Shown here: positions 1-13,676 of the stretch, piece after piece
Numbering within the stretch: the first letter of the stretch is position 1
Layout: each line of letters starts with the position of its first letter
Source: Escherichia phage 500465-1
Sequence record: NC_049342.1
Length of the DNA stretch: 39,179 nucleotides
Reading direction: 5' to 3' (one strand)
Notes under the pieces: model-generated
Database searches by the model: none
Told to the model about the DNA's origin: nothing
Seen by the model: only the letters and a program-made list of their open reading frames with translations
Program-made: the position numbers and the translations under genes

Positions 1-4354
<4,354 letters not shown>

Positions 4355-4421
4355 TTAATAATACCAGGCATATCAGGCTGATGAACGTAAAAAATCGTTT
4401 TACATCAGTAAGATTATTATA

Positions 4422-4441
4422 TACTGTAAATATAAACAGTG
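4422..4441 (+). promoter_or_regulatory. LexA (SOS) box upstream of the tum-like/dinI-like genes
   Basis: TACTGTAAATATAAACAGTG fits CTGT-N8-ACAG; sits about 45 bp upstream of ATG 4483. Confidence 0.6.
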
Positions 4442-4482
4442 GTTATGCATACAGCATTGCGTGTGGTGTCATAGGAGGAAAG

Positions 4483-4671
4483 ATGCAGGACTATTTTTTG
4501 GAGTCTTTGAAGCTCCAGCGCATTGATTTTTTTCTTAAGCTTGTAGCGGCTAGTGAGTGTAGTGATGAAGAGAGGGGCTGGCTCTGCAGTGGGGTTTCTG
4601 AATTGACTGATGAACTCATGGCAAAAATCAGAACCCACGAATACAACCGCTCAATGGATGTCATCAGCTGA
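4483..4671 (+). CDS. Small SOS-regulated protein, possible Tum-like antirepressor N-terminal part (62 aa)
   Basis: ATG preceded by AGGAGG; downstream of LexA box; same frame as the following DinI-like ORF but separated by two in-frame stops. Confidence 0.45.
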   Translation: MQDYFLESLKLQRIDFFLKLVAASECSDEERGWLCSGVSELTDELMAKIRTHEYNRSMDVIS

Positions 4672-4695
4672 GGTGACTTTTATGCGCATTGAATA

Positions 4696-5013
4696 ATGAT
4701 CGATAAAGAGCAGAAGATTAGCCAGTCTACCCTGGACGCCCTTGAATCCGAGCTTTACCGCAATCTGCGCCCCCTGTATCCCAAAACGGTAATTCGCATT
4801 CGCAAAGGTAGCTCTAACGGTGTGGAACTGACCGGACTGCAACTGGACGAAGAAAGAAAACAAGTGATGAAAATTATGCAGAAGGTGTGGAAGACGACAG
4901 CTGGCTGCATTAAGAAACGTTGCTGGCGTCTGAACTTGCTTCTGGCGTCAGCAAGGTTGAACAACGAGCCCTTGCGAGGCGTTAGCTCTGTAGTGCATGT
5001 CTATGCCGCATGA
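4696..5013 (+). CDS. DinI-family protein
   Basis: STLDALESELYRNLRPLYPKTVIRIRKGSSNGVELTGLQLDEERKQVMKIMQKVW resembles E. coli DinI. Confidence 0.55.
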   Translation: MIDKEQKISQSTLDALESELYRNLRPLYPKTVIRIRKGSSNGVELTGLQLDEERKQVMKIMQKVWKTTAGCIKKRCWRLNLLLASARLNNEPLRGVSSVVHVYAA

Positions 5014-5048
5014 GATCGCATGATCGTTTGAGGATCGTTTTTGCTAAG

Positions 5049-5073
5049 GCCCGCCAGAACTGGCGGGCTTTTG
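5049..5073 (+). terminator. Rho-independent terminator after the tum/dinI module
   Basis: GCCCGCCA-loop-TGGCGGGC stem followed by TTTTG. Confidence 0.5.
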
Positions 5074-5214
5074 CGTAGATCATGCAGGTGCATGAAAACC
5101 ACTACATAAAGCGGGCAGGCGTGCGGGGATACGAGCGCGCGCAACAGGTAAACCCCTAGACTTGTTAAAATATTTGTCATATAAATCAAACATCAAACCT
5201 AAGGGAGGCAGAGG

Positions 5215-5643
5215 ATGATCCAGCCAAAAGTTTTTATATCCTATAGTTGGTCAAGTAAAACTCATCAGCAACATATCAAAGATATAGCTGAACGATTGGC
5301 GGCAGATGGAGTTGAAACTGTCATAGATATTTATGACTTGAAAGAAGGGGATGATAAAAATTATTACATGGAAAGAATGGTTCAAGATGAAACGGTTACG
5401 CATGTTTTAGTTATTTGTGATAAAAAATACTCAGAAAAAGCCGATTTAAGAAAAGATGGTGTCGGTGTTGAGTCGATGATAATTTCCCAAGAAATATATT
5501 CATCCGTGTCGCAGTCCAAATTTATACCATTAATATTTGAGTACAAAGATAATGGAGAGCCGTATACTCCAATCTTTCTGAAGTCTAGAATCTATATTGA
5601 TTTTCAACACCAGAAAAAGAAAATGATAATTGGGAACGTTTAA
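5215..5643 (+). CDS. TIR/SEFIR-like domain protein (N-terminal part; probably continues downstream across frame breaks)
   Basis: RBS AAGGGAGG before ATG; N-terminus MIQPKVFISYSWSS typical of TIR-like domains; AT-rich codon usage. Confidence 0.6.
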   Translation: MIQPKVFISYSWSSKTHQQHIKDIAERLAADGVETVIDIYDLKEGDDKNYYMERMVQDETVTHVLVICDKKYSEKADLRKDGVGVESMIISQEIYSSVSQSKFIPLIFEYKDNGEPYTPIFLKSRIYIDFQHQKKKMIIGNV

Positions 5644-6124
5644 TCAGGTTGCTTTATGGAAAACCAGAATTTACTAAGCCACCATTAGGTAAGCCTCCGG
5701 TTTATTTAGAGCAAGACACGTCAAAACCGACGTATGAAATTCATGCAAAATTTCAAACTTTAAAATCAGCTGTCTTAAATCAAAAGCAGACATTAAAGGA
5801 TTGCAGAAGGCAATTTTTAGAGGTGTGCCGAAATTATTGTATCTCACTACAAGTCGTAACAAACCCAAACTACTGAAGATTTTGCAGCGGAAGTTTTGCA
5901 AATTCATAAAGAGCTTATTGCCGTTAGGGATGCCATTACAGACTGGGTTTTTACTTGAGGGTGATACGCAGGGCGAAGACTTTTCCAAAGCACTATTACA
6001 GTTTATGGAAGTAATGTTAGCGATTAGAAATCGTCCGAAAAATGTAAATTCATATAATGAAATATGGTTTTTGCCCCATAAGATTTTTGCGTATGAAACG
6101 TTTTATATATTTTGGCGGCTTTAA
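5601..6124 (+). CDS. Probable C-terminal continuation of the TIR-like protein (or separate hypothetical genes), frame-interrupted
   Basis: Overlapping ORFs in three frames (5601..5876, 5860..5955, 5738..6124); frame 0 reads ENDNWERLIRLLYGKPEF right after the poly-A run at 5613-5623. Confidence 0.3.
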
Positions 6125-6205
6125 TAAAAAATTGAAGCTTTCCAGCATGTACATACATTACTGCATACATCTTATTTGCTACCCGATCATATAACCAGTC
6201 CGGGA

Positions 6206-6517
6206 ATGGAGTTTGCTAATTACAGTGAGTTATATTTAAGCTCTGATTACCTTCAAAGTAAATTGTCCCCTGAAAACTATCGACTGTATTCCCCTGTTGC
6301 TGAGTTAGTAAAGCAAAGTGCAACTAGAGATGATGTGTCTTTCGATGATTTGAAACAAGCTGATCTTGTTGCTCTTATGATATCCTTCATTAATCCCAGT
6401 ATTTTTGGTACCCGCAAATGTTGTTGTATTCCGGGCACTATGAGAAATATCCTCTATTTACAAGAGCAATACAGCATAGAGGATTCAGAGTATTGCAGTT
6501 ATTACCGGAATCGATGA
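6206..6517 (+). CDS. Hypothetical protein (103 aa) at the end of the AT-rich island
   Basis: ORF MEFANYSELYLSSDYLQ...; the frame is also open upstream from 6128 (TTG at 6176); no recognisable domain. Confidence 0.35.
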   Translation: MEFANYSELYLSSDYLQSKLSPENYRLYSPVAELVKQSATRDDVSFDDLKQADLVALMISFINPSIFGTRKCCCIPGTMRNILYLQEQYSIEDSEYCSYYRNR

Positions 6518-6654
6518 CAGTAAACTTTTGGCTCAAAAGCTGACAGAGGGTGAGGCCCAGCGAAATACTAGCAACTGGTATCATTTCGGTTTTAATAGAG
6601 ACTTTCTCAATCAAATGAATGTTAGTCGCCTAGATAGTATTGAATGAAAATTAG

Positions 6655-6680
6655 AGGGCGCTTTGCAAAGCGCTCTCTGT
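6655..6680. terminator. Hairpin between convergent cargo genes and portal gene (possible bidirectional terminator)
   Basis: AGAGGGCGCTTTGCAAAGCGCTCTCT near-perfect palindrome next to the Q stop. Confidence 0.35.
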
Positions 6681-6681
6681 A

Positions 6682-7720
6682 TTAGTTTTCAATATCTAAG
6701 GTGTAGGGCTCAAAGCGGATCACTTCTTCGCCCAGCCAGTCGTTAAGCTCCTGCAGTCGCTTCTGCAGCGGCATCAGCTCGTTGCGGACAAAGACGCGGC
6801 TGGCCTTTTCCACATCACCAAGCCGCCGTATTGTTGGGAATGATGCCCATCATCTGCGGCGGCACGCGGTGAGCAGCCATCATGTCATCACGGCTCACGT
6901 TCTTGATGTTCAGAAATTCATCCTTTGCTGCAACTTCCGACAACGGGATTATCTGGATGCCGTCCTTTTTACCGTTGGGCGAATACATAAACAGGTTGCG
7001 GAAGTTGCCCGGCCCTTTGGCGCTTTTCATTGCCTGGCGGATATTGTTCACGTCCTCCTGATTCTGTGCTGCGTCGGTCATGTACATGATGAAACCCGCG
7101 TGGCTGCCGTTGATGTAATACTTCCGGCGAAACAGCGTTGCTGACTCGTTGAGCAGGGTTGACGGGATGGCGGAGAGATAGCCGGGCAGCCCGTAAATCT
7201 CCTGATTAATATCCGGTTCCAGCAGATGAAAGATGTTGCCCTGCGTAAATTCATAGGGCTGCGTGGTCATGCCATACTGCACAAACCAGTAGGTGTCGAG
7301 ATCCACGCCGCGCCGTGTGTACTTCGCCAGTGCTGGCTCCAGCGAGAGAACGCCGCCGACCCGGTTGGTGCGCTTTTCCAGATAGGCGTTACCGAACACC
7401 AGATAATCCTGGACGAAACGGGCAAAAGCCTGCTGGCTGAGCAGGCGGTGCGGGATATAGGTACTGCTGAGAATGTCACGCTTAACGGCAATCGGTGAGC
7501 TGTGATGCACGGCGGCGCGATAGGTCCGCGCCAGTCCGTCAAAGCTCACCGGCGGTTCATACCAGCGATCCATCTGCACGCATTCCACGTAGTCCAGCAA
7601 TTCGCGTCGGTCTAACACCGGCACCGGGTCGCCAAAGCTGAACGCCTCTGCCGCAGCACCGCCTGAATTTGCGTTGTGATATACTGCTGCGCGGTTATTC
7701 TTGTTTTTACGTTTGCTCAT
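6682..7720 (-). CDS. Q: Portal protein (P2 gpQ homolog), one frame break near 6822-6832
   Basis: N-terminal 301 aa match P2 Q (FGDPVPVLDRRELLDYVECV...); C-terminus ...GDVEKASRVFVRNELMPLQ readable in the shifted frame to a stop at 6682. Confidence 0.85.
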
Positions 7721-8439
7721 GCCGCCTGCTCCTTGTCAGTCTGGGCCATTCGCACATAAACAGCATTTTCCAGTCCTCTGCTGATAACTCTTTTTTCATG
7801 TCATTAAGCCATTCATCATCAAAGAGCGCGGCTCCGGTTGCGAGCGTTGCCCCGGATGCTGCAGCGTCATCAGCGGTAAAATCATGCTGGTTGTGCTGTT
7901 GCGGGCAATCAGCTTCTTGTATTCCCGCCATGCTTCCGGGCTGGGGCTTGGGTGGTGTAGTAGGTAGCGTGATAGCGCGCGTGCATGGACAGGCTTTTGG
8001 CGAGCGCAATCATATTTTTCGGGGAGTCCGCCCAGGCATACTCTGACACATAGACGTTTCCATGGAGCGCGGCGGCGAGACTTTTCGGCCCGATAAAATA
8101 AATGACCGCACCGTTAGGTAGTTCCAGATGCGCTTTACCTGATTTTATTTTCCCAAGGTGTGTCCAGGTTGCGGCCTGATCTATAAAGGCTGACATATAG
8201 GTTTTGACTGTCAGGGCGGATGCCGGGGTGCAGCCAAGAAAAATCTGGTTGCGTCCGGTATGCAGTGCATCGTTCAGGGCTTCGTAGGCGAAAAAGAAAT
8301 CCGCGCCAGCCTGATGCATTTTTGTAAGCACACGGTTTCTGCTGCGTGCGCCGCTGTTCCATTCATGCTGGTAAGCAAAGAAAGGGCGATCTACAGGCAG
8401 GCTGGCGGTGGTCATGAGGTTAGTTGGGGTTGAGTGCAT
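7707..8439 (-). pseudogene. Terminase-large-subunit-like paralog fragment between P and Q
   Basis: Two overlapping ORFs 7909..8439 and 7707..8009; FFFAYEALNDALHTGRNQIFL and LFDDEWLNDMKKELSAEDWKMLFMCEW parallel P residues about 135-400; ATG overlaps P stop (TGATG). Confidence 0.5.
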
Positions 8440-10205
8440 CAGAAAATCTCCACAATGTTGCTGGTATTGGCGGCTTCGCCCTGCAGCGGTTCGTTAAACA
8501 GTGCGTGCATCGTTGCCCAGGCCAAATCTGCGTGGCTGGCTTCTTCGCTGCGGCTGGCTTCGTAGGTAGGTCGGTTGCCGCTGGCGGTGGTGGCCCGGCG
8601 GATAGCCATAAAGGACTGCGCAATGTCAGTGTGTCCGGCGTCAAACTCCAGACGGCGGTGGCTGATGATGTCGTAGGCCTTGAGCACCAGGGCGTTTTTG
8701 ACGTTGGGGTTGTAGACAAACTCCCGCACGGCAGGAAAGAACGCTTTCACGTTCTCGTAGACACCGTGACCGACGCCTGTCGAGTCGATGCCGATATAGG
8801 TCACGTTGTACTGCTGCGTCAGTTTTTTAATGGCGTCAGCCTGGGCGCGGAAGTCCATCCCGCGCCACTGGTGTCGCTCCAGAATGCGGAACTTGCCGCC
8901 CGGCACGGTTGGCGGTGCCACCACCACGCACCCGGCGCTGTCACCGTTCTGCGTGCCTTTCGCCGGGTCGTATCCGATCCAGACTTCGCGCCAGCCAAAC
9001 GGGCGCAGGGCCAGTGCATTAAAGTCGGTCCAGACTTCCCAACTGTCCACCATGCACGCCTGCAGCTCGCTGAGCGGAAACACGGACGCGAGATCGTCCA
9101 CAAACTCGCACATCAGTAGGTTCTGGTATTCGTCCGGGCTGTACTCCATGCGCAACTGGTCGAGGTCGAACAGGTTACAGCCGCCGCGCACCGCATCTTC
9201 CACAGTGACTATCTGGCGGTACTGTCCGTCAGGGCAGAGCAGGCCGCGCGCAAGATTGCTGTGGGTCAGGTCAATATCCACCTTGTCCGCTTTGGCGCGG
9301 CCCCGGTTAAACAGCGCACCGGACCAGAACGGATAGGCACTGTGGGTCAGGCTGGACGGCGTGGAAAAGTAGGTTTGTCGCCATTTCTTGTGAATGGCCA
9401 TCCCGGAGGCAACTTTGCGCAGTTCCTGGAATTTCGGTATCCAGAAATATTCATCAAGGTACAGGTTGCCGTGGTAGCTCTGCGCCGTACGGGCGTTGGT
9501 GCCGAGAAAGTACAATGTTGCGCCATTAGGTAGCACCATAGGATCGCCTTTCAGCTCCACCTCAACTTCTTTGGCAAAGTCGATGATGTACTGCTTAAAG
9601 ACGTGCGCCTGTGCCTTACTGGCAGAAAGGAAAATCTGGTTACGTCCGGTAAGCAGGGCGTCAATCAGGGCTTCACGGGCAAAGTAAAAGGTCGCGCCGA
9701 TCTGGCGTGACTTCAGCAGGTTGCGGATGCGGTTGGTTTTTCCGGCTTCCCACCAGTGGCGCTGGTAGTTGAACATGGAGGAATAAAAGATTTCTTCCAG
9801 CTTCTCAATCTGTTCATCGGTGAAAACGTTCTTTTCCGGCTGACGGCGCGGGCCTTTGTTGCGGTTGGCGACGTTAGGGTTTAAGTCGGCTTCGTTGCCG
9901 CCATTGTTAAACTTGCCGATCCGCGCATGGCGCTCCGACTGGCGCGCCAGCAGGTCAATCTCTTTGAAATCTTTCCCTTCTTTGTGCTCCTTCATAATGA
10001 GCTGGCAGTAGCGTGCGGCGGTGGTGAGCTGCATCTGATCCAGCGGCCCATAGTCACCCCACTTGTCGCGTTTTTTCCAGCTGTGAACGGTTGCAACTTT
10101 CTCGCCCAGCATTTCAGCAATGCGGGCTACGCGGTATCCCTGAAAGTACAGCAGCATGGCCTGCCGACGGGGATCGAGATCTGCGGGTGTCAGTGTGGTG
10201 TTCAT
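8439..10205 (-). CDS. P: Terminase large (ATPase) subunit, P2 gpP homolog
   Basis: 588-aa intact ORF with P2 gpP-like sequence throughout. Confidence 0.9.
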   Translation of the reverse strand: MNTTLTPADLDPRRQAMLLYFQGYRVARIAEMLGEKVATVHSWKKRDKWGDYGPLDQMQLTTAARYCQLIMKEHKEGKDFKEIDLLARQSERHARIGKFNNGGNEADLNPNVANRNKGPRRQPEKNVFTDEQIEKLEEIFYSSMFNYQRHWWEAGKTNRIRNLLKSRQIGATFYFAREALIDALLTGRNQIFLSASKAQAHVFKQYIIDFAKEVEVELKGDPMVLPNGATLYFLGTNARTAQSYHGNLYLDEYFWIPKFQELRKVASGMAIHKKWRQTYFSTPSSLTHSAYPFWSGALFNRGRAKADKVDIDLTHSNLARGLLCPDGQYRQIVTVEDAVRGGCNLFDLDQLRMEYSPDEYQNLLMCEFVDDLASVFPLSELQACMVDSWEVWTDFNALALRPFGWREVWIGYDPAKGTQNGDSAGCVVVAPPTVPGGKFRILERHQWRGMDFRAQADAIKKLTQQYNVTYIGIDSTGVGHGVYENVKAFFPAVREFVYNPNVKNALVLKAYDIISHRRLEFDAGHTDIAQSFMAIRRATTASGNRPTYEASRSEEASHADLAWATMHALFNEPLQGEAANTSNIVEIF

Positions 10206-10251
10206 GGCACAAACCTACAGCCTTGAATGAAGGCTTTCCCCGCCTGCGGTT

Positions 10252-10269
10252 TGTGTGGTTGTCGGTACA
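10252..10269 (+). promoter_or_regulatory. Candidate Ogr/Delta activator site of a late promoter (upstream of O)
   Basis: TGT-N12-ACA dyad (TGTGTGGTTGTCGGTACA) about 80 bp upstream of the O start. Confidence 0.4.
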
Positions 10270-10347
10270 AATACCGCGCATTGTTTCACTGCCCCCATCA
10301 CCGCAACCATAAGGCTCCAGTAAGTTTTTTCTAACGGAGCACGGCTC

Positions 10348-11181
10348 ATGACAGTGAAAGCAAAGCGTTTTCGCATCGGGGTGGAAGGTGCCACCACCGA
10401 CGGACGCGAAATCCAGCGTGAATGGCTGGAACAGATGGCAGCCAGCTACAACCCGGCGGTGTATACCGCGCTGATTAACCTTGAGCACATCAAGTCTTAT
10501 CTGCCGGACAGCACCTTTAACCGCTACGGCAAGGTGACGGCGCTGTTTGCTGAAGAAATCACGGAAGGTCCGCTGGCAGGCAAGATGGCGCTGTATGCCG
10601 ACGTTGAGCCAACGGAGTCCCTGGTGGAACTGGTGAAAAAAGGCCAGAAATTATTCACCTCTATGGAAGTCAGCCCGAAGTTCGCTGATACGGGCAAAGC
10701 CTATCTGGTCGGCCTGGCTGCCACTGATGACCCTGCCAGTCTGGGTACGGAAATGCTGACATTCAGCGCCAGTGCAGCCCATAACCCGCTGGCAAACCGC
10801 AAGCAGAATCCTGCCAATCTCTTTACCGCTGCAGAGGAAACGGTGATCGAACTGGAAGAAATCCAGGACGACAAACCGTCCCTGTTTGCCCGCGTCACGG
10901 CGCTGTTTACCAAAAAAGAGCAGTCCGATGACGCCCGGTTCTCTGATGTGCATAAGGCCGTGGAGCTGGTCGCCACTGAGCAGCAGAACCTGAGCGCACG
11001 CACCGAAAAATCCCTGTCTGAGCAGGAAGAACGCCTGTCTGAGCTGGAGACTGCCCTGCAGGCACAGCAAACCGCCTTTAACGAACTGGTGGACAAGCTG
11101 AGTCATGAAGACAGTCGCCAGGACTACCGCCAGCGTGCAACAGGCGGTAACGCCCCCGCTGACACTCTGACCAATTGCTGA
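10348..11181 (+). CDS. O: Capsid scaffolding protein, P2 gpO homolog
   Basis: FRIGVEGATTDGREI... and C-terminal ...QRATGGNAPADTLTNC match gpO. Confidence 0.9.
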   Translation: MTVKAKRFRIGVEGATTDGREIQREWLEQMAASYNPAVYTALINLEHIKSYLPDSTFNRYGKVTALFAEEITEGPLAGKMALYADVEPTESLVELVKKGQKLFTSMEVSPKFADTGKAYLVGLAATDDPASLGTEMLTFSASAAHNPLANRKQNPANLFTAAEETVIELEEIQDDKPSLFARVTALFTKKEQSDDARFSDVHKAVELVATEQQNLSARTEKSLSEQEERLSELETALQAQQTAFNELVDKLSHEDSRQDYRQRATGGNAPADTLTNC

Positions 11182-11197
11182 TGGAGCACAAAACCCG

Positions 11198-12256
11198 ATG
11201 AAGAAGAATACCCGCTTTGCTTTTAACGCTTACCTGCAGCAGCTGGCGCGTCTGAACGGTGTGGCAGTTGAAGAACTGTCCAGCAAGTTCACCGTGGAGC
11301 CGTCTGTGCAGCAGACGCTGGAAGACCAGATCCAGCAGTCCGCCGCTTTCCTGACGCTGATTAACGTCACGCCAGTGACTGAGCAGTCCGGTCAGCTGCT
11401 GGGGCTGGGAGTTGGCAGCACCATTGCCGGAACCACTGACACCACCGCGAAAGAGCGTGAACCTGTCGATCCGACGCTGATGGTCGATGTGGAATATAAA
11501 TGCGAGCAGACCAACTTTGACACGGTGCTGACCTACGCGAAGCTGGACCTGTGGGCGAAGTTTCAGGATTTCCAGGTGCGCATCCGTGACGCCATCGTGA
11601 AACGTCAGGCTCTGGACCGCATCATGATCGGCTTTAACGGCGTGAAGCGTGCGAAAACCTCCAACCGTAGCGAAAACCCGCTGCTGCAGGATGTGAACAA
11701 AGGCTGGCTGCAGAAAATCCGTGAAGATGCACCGGATCACGTCATGGGCAGCACCACCACGGGCGGTGAAACCACACCGGGTGCGGTGAAAGTCGGGAAA
11801 GGTGGCGAATATGCCAACCTGGACGCCGTGGTGATGGATGCCGTCAATGAGCTTATCGATGTGGTCTACCAGGACGATGACGATCTGGTGGTGATTTGCG
11901 GTCGTGAACTGCTGTCTGACAAGTATTTCCCGCTGGTCAACAAAGAGCAGGAAAACAGTGAAAAACTGGCTGCCGATATGATCATCAGTCAGAAACGCAT
12001 GGGTGGCCTGCAGGCCGTGCGTGCGCCGTTCTTCCCGCCGAATGCACTGCTGATCACCCGTCTGGATAACCTGTCCATCTACTGGCAGGAAGACACCCGC
12101 CGCCGCTCAGTTATCGACAACCCGAAACGTGACCGGATTGAAAACTTTGAATCCGTTAACGAAGCCTATGTGGTTGAGGACTACCGCTGCGCCGCACTGG
12201 TGGAAAACATCCAGATTGGCGACTTCAGCGCCGCAGCAGCAGAAACCGGAGCGTAA
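11198..12256 (+). CDS. N: Major capsid protein, P2 gpN homolog
   Basis: TRFAFNAYL...KFTVEPSVQQTL...GFNGVKRAKTSNRSENPLLQDV match gpN. Confidence 0.9.
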   Translation: MKKNTRFAFNAYLQQLARLNGVAVEELSSKFTVEPSVQQTLEDQIQQSAAFLTLINVTPVTEQSGQLLGLGVGSTIAGTTDTTAKEREPVDPTLMVDVEYKCEQTNFDTVLTYAKLDLWAKFQDFQVRIRDAIVKRQALDRIMIGFNGVKRAKTSNRSENPLLQDVNKGWLQKIREDAPDHVMGSTTTGGETTPGAVKVGKGGEYANLDAVVMDAVNELIDVVYQDDDDLVVICGRELLSDKYFPLVNKEQENSEKLAADMIISQKRMGGLQAVRAPFFPPNALLITRLDNLSIYWQEDTRRRSVIDNPKRDRIENFESVNEAYVVEDYRCAALVENIQIGDFSAAAAETGA

Positions 12257-12259
12257 TTC

Positions 12260-12910
12260 ATGAGCCTGAGTCCCGCACGGCAGCATCGCCTGCGCGTTCA
12301 GGCTGAACAGGCCGCCCGCGAGGGCGGCAGCGTTCGCCACGCGTCGGGCTATGACCTGATGCTGCTGCAACTGGCGGAAGACCGCCGCCGTCTCAAGGGC
12401 GTTCAGTCCACGGTCAAAAAAGCGGAAATCAAGGTGGAGCTGCTGCCGAAGTACGCCGCCTGGGCGGAGGGTGTCCTGGCTGCCGGAGGCGCTCAACAGG
12501 ATGACGTGCTGATGTACGTGATGCTGTGGCGCATTGATGCCGGAGATTATGCCGGGGCGCTGGAGATCGGGCGTCACGCCCTGCGTCATGGCTGGGTGAT
12601 GCCGCTGGGTAATCGCAATGTGCAGACCGTGCTGGCAGAGGAAATGGCAGACGCGGCGCAGAGCGCAATGCTTGCCGCCACCGGCTTTGATGCCGATCTG
12701 TTGCTGCAGACGCTGGAGCTGACAGACGGTCTGGATATGCCGGACCAGTCACGGGCGCGTCTGCATAAAGCGATTGGCGCTGTCCTGAGTGAAAGCAATC
12801 CGGCTTCCGCCCTTAACCATCTCAACCATGCGTTGCAGCTCGATCCCCGCTGTGGCGTGAAAAAAGACAAACAGCAGCTGGAGCGCAGACTGCGCAATGA
12901 CAGCCGCTGA
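12260..12910 (+). CDS. M: Terminase small (endonuclease) subunit, P2 gpM homolog
   Basis: GAQQDDVLMYVMLWRIDAGDYAGALEI... matches gpM. Confidence 0.85.
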   Translation: MSLSPARQHRLRVQAEQAAREGGSVRHASGYDLMLLQLAEDRRRLKGVQSTVKKAEIKVELLPKYAAWAEGVLAAGGAQQDDVLMYVMLWRIDAGDYAGALEIGRHALRHGWVMPLGNRNVQTVLAEEMADAAQSAMLAATGFDADLLLQTLELTDGLDMPDQSRARLHKAIGAVLSESNPASALNHLNHALQLDPRCGVKKDKQQLERRLRNDSR

Positions 12911-13005
12911 CAGAACGTGCCCCCGCGCACGGGCGGCACGGGGTGGCGAAAGGCACAGCCACATCAAAACTCCGTCCACCGCCCTCTATTTCAGGAGAAA
13001 GCAGC

Positions 13006-13470
13006 ATGAAGTTTGTTGCACCAGAACAGGCACCGGAACAGGCGGAAATCATCAGAAATACGCCGTTCTGGCCTGATGTGGACCTGTCGGAGTTTCGCAG
13101 TGTGATGCGCACTGACGGCACGGTGACGCAGCCGCGTTTAAAGCAGGTTGCGCTGTCGGCAATTTCGGAGGTCAACGCAGAACTGTATGAGTTTCGCAGA
13201 CGCCAGCAGATGCTGGGATATGCCTCGCTGGCAGAGGTTCCGGCGGAACAACTGGACGGCAAAAGTGAGCGCATTCAGCACTATTTCAACGCGGTTTACT
13301 GCTGGGCACGCGCCATGCTCAACGAACGTTACCAGGACTATGACGCCACGGCGTCTGGTGTGAAGCGGGGCGAGGAACTGGCGGAAGCCAGCGGTGATTT
13401 GTGGCGTGACGCCCGCTGGGCCATCAGCCGGGTACAGGATGCGCCGCACTGCACAGTGGAGCTTATCTGA
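13006..13470 (+). CDS. L: Head completion protein, P2 gpL homolog
   Basis: ATG after AGGAGA; NTPFWPDVDLSEFRSVMR...ELWRDARWAISRVQ matches gpL; the ORF track start at 12943 lacks an RBS. Confidence 0.85.
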   Translation: MKFVAPEQAPEQAEIIRNTPFWPDVDLSEFRSVMRTDGTVTQPRLKQVALSAISEVNAELYEFRRRQQMLGYASLAEVPAEQLDGKSERIQHYFNAVYCWARAMLNERYQDYDATASGVKRGEELAEASGDLWRDARWAISRVQDAPHCTVELI

Positions 13471-13673
13471 TGAAAGTGCGTGCGCATCAGTATGACACGG
13501 TGGACGCGCTTTGCTGGCGTCATTACGGGCGCACGCAGGGTGTCACGGAGCAGGTACTGAAGGCAAATCCGGGGCTTGCCGAATATGGCCCCTTTTTACC
13601 TCACGGGCTGCAGGTGGAGCTGCCGGACATTCCGACAACCACCACCGTGCAGACCGTCCAGCTATGGGACTGA
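13470..13673 (+). CDS. X: Tail protein X, P2 gpX homolog
   Basis: 67 aa; YGRTQGVTEQVLKANPGLAEYGPFLPHGLQVELPD matches gpX. Confidence 0.85.
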   Translation: MKVRAHQYDTVDALCWRHYGRTQGVTEQVLKANPGLAEYGPFLPHGLQVELPDIPTTTTVQTVQLWD

Positions 13674-13676
13674 ATT

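Noticed and set aside
5674-5988. 104-aa minus-strand ORF in the AT-rich island
   Set aside because: Antisense to the forward ORF chain that has the RBS and TIR-like signature; no start context.
6520-6682. Search for a P2-type cos site next to the portal gene
   Set aside because: No G-rich cos-like 19-mer recognisable by eye; only a palindromic hairpin is present, so no cos feature is called.
8424-9119. 231-aa plus-strand ORF
   Set aside because: Antisense within terminase gene P, which has clear homology on the other strand.
11078-11740. 220-aa minus-strand ORF
   Set aside because: Antisense within capsid gene N.
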